DNA of 64,000 nt from Chloropicon primus (lineage: Eukaryota), in NCBI GenBank assembly GCA_023205875.1, contig CP060758.1, positions 744,001 through 808,000 on the forward strand, in the 5' to 3' direction. The notes under the pieces are model-generated. The model had not been told where the DNA came from. It made no database searches and saw only the letters and a list, made by a program, of their open reading frames with translations. The position numbers were made by a program, and so were the translations under genes. Position 1 is the first letter of the stretch; each line of letters starts with the position of its first letter. This document shows positions 62,673 through 64,000 of the stretch, piece by piece.

Positions 62673-62706
62673 ATTTCCCGGGAAGAGGAGGGACTTTGTT
62701 GGAGTT

Positions 62707-63492
62707 ATGATGGCTTCCGCGACGCGGGGGTGTCCTCGGATGATGGCCGTGGGGAGGGCGGGGAGGATTGGGAGGAGAGGGATGGGGGCCCGCAGCGACG
62801 TCGCGAGGGGGCCTCGCCCTCGCCTCCCTCCGTCTGCCTCGTCGTCGTCGTCCCCGGGGAGGAGGGGCCTCGCCTGCTTCGCGGGCGCGAGGGGTTCTAC
62901 GAGCGCGGAAGCCAAGTCCAAGCTCTTCCTTGCCCTCGAGCCCTGCGACGTGTACCGCACGACGGGCGAGAAGGTGAAGCTGACAAGTCTGTGGACCCCG
63001 GACGAGCGAGTGATGGTGGCCTTCGGGAGGCACTTCGGATGACCTTTGTGCTGGGAGCTTGCGGTGCAGCTCAGGAGAGACGTTAAGCCTCGCTTGGACG
63101 AATCCGGCATCAAGCTCCTGATGGTCTCCATCGGATCCGCGGCGTCGGCGTCGGAGTTCGCGAAGGGGACCGAGTTTCCTGCCGAGAACTTGTTCGCAGA
63201 CGAAACGAACAACTGTTATGACGCCCTCTCTTTCTACTCTGGGCTGATGCGAACGTTTTTTGACAAGTCCTCCTTGAAGTCCATGCAGAAGAGGTTCTCC
63301 TCCGATGGCGCCGAGGACTTGAAGGGCGTCATGAAGGACTACAAGATGCTTCCGCCCAAGCAGAACACCCAAACGCTCATCCAGGGAGGGGTGATCTGCT
63401 TTGATGGAACCAGCGACGTCTTCTTTCATAGGGACGAGGGCACTGGGGCGCATGCCGACTTTGACAAGGCGATCGCAGCCCTCGGAGCCTGA
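62707..63492 (+). CDS. SELU: SelU/AhpC-TSA (peroxiredoxin-like 2) selenoprotein with in-frame UGA = Sec at 63040-63042
   Basis: ORFs 62410-63042 and 63046-63492 share one frame. The read-through product has VKLTSLW...VAFGRHFG-U-PLCWE...KLLMVSIG...LFAD...YDAL...QGGVICF. SECIS-like hairpin in the 3' UTR. Confidence 0.88.
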
Positions 63493-63539
63493 GGCCCGGG
63501 TCGGGTCGTCCTCCTCGCCCGTGATGGGTTCCCCTTTCA

Positions 63540-63590
63540 TCTCATGATGCTGCTGGCTGAAACGAGTTTGCCAGCGGTTGAAACCGCATG
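63540..63590 (+). promoter_or_regulatory. Eukaryotic SECIS element
   Basis: ATGA(T) 63544-63548; stem GCTGCTGGC 63549-63557 pairs with GCCAGCGGT 63570-63578; apical AAA 63560-63562; closing TGAA 63579-63582. Confidence 0.8.
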
Positions 63591-64000
63591 TTTTGTGAAG
63601 CAAGGAGAATTATGGCTATCAAGACTGTGGATGAAGTGCACCCCTTTCGACGAGGCTTGGACGACAACCAACCCAAAGCAAAACTTTTGATTTATATATA
63701 TGTACACACACACACACACACACACACAATTGCGCATCTCGGGGTCCCCTCGTCCCCTCGTCCCCTCGTCCCTCCAGACCTTCCTTCTCCCTCTCGAAAC
63801 CCCGAAAGGAAGATCTGGATAAGGAACAGAGCTCTTTGTCTCTCTGCTGATCTGTGGCCTCCATCGGAAGCGTCTTCCAGCCACTGAGGCGGGTTGGCGC
63901 GCGAGGGGCAGCCGCGTTGGACGACGCCGGACCACCTCCCTCCGTTCTCTTTGAAGTATGCGAACAAGCTTGCTCAGTGGGCGAGGGGCACGACGACGAC

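Noticed and set aside
62410..63492. Pseudogene or two separate genes split at TGA 63040
   Set aside because: The single stop lies at the catalytic Cys position, the frame is preserved and a SECIS-like hairpin follows. No credible intron removes the TGA without deleting RHFG.
3535..63730. (GA)n, (CT)n and (CA)n microsatellites in introns and UTRs as special elements
   Set aside because: Ubiquitous across the window and consistent with genome-wide background simple repeats.
1..64000. tRNA/rRNA genes and transposable elements
   Set aside because: GGTTCGA-like strings (e.g. 13021, 35070, 59559) lack cloverleaf context, and no transposase, RT or terminal-repeat pairs were recognised. tRNAscan-SE and RepeatModeler would be needed to exclude them formally.

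Overview
A gene-dense (~36 protein-coding genes in 64 kb), GC-rich eukaryotic nuclear segment. Short GT-AG introns with CTRAC branch points, TGTAA polyadenylation signals and plastid-targeted genes (FtsHi, CCB2) point to a compact-genome chlorophyte green alga; a Chloropicon/prasinophyte-like picoalga is my inference and was not confirmed. Housekeeping genes include an ATAD2-like ATPase, prefoldin 3, UXT, a Claspin/Mrc1-like protein, FKBP12, ABHD17, AP-1 gamma, CDC5, SAC3/GANP, TMEM184, a Tubby-like protein, ARL6/BBS3, a LAT transporter, CENH3, a GT32 glycosyltransferase, golgin-84, an ankyrin-HDAC, UBE2S, mucolipin, RBM42, TilS and ERD2. Several spliced genes are missed or fragmented by the ORF track. 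The strongest hidden signal is at 62707-63492: two in-frame ORFs joined by a TGA at the first position of a U-x-x-C redox motif (RHFG-U-PLC), followed by a well-formed SECIS-like hairpin at 63544-63582. This suggests a SelU/AhpC-TSA-like selenoprotein with a probable transit peptide, and a 98-bp tandem repeat lies just upstream. Other oddities are a duplicated structured non-coding element, a GT32 domain with atypical Arg codon usage, an NCKX-type exchanger with a substituted Ca2+ ligand, ciliary-trafficking genes and a palindromic bidirectional poly(A) signal. No tRNA, rRNA, CRISPR array or transposase was recognised. All calls come from reading the sequence by eye; no searches were run.
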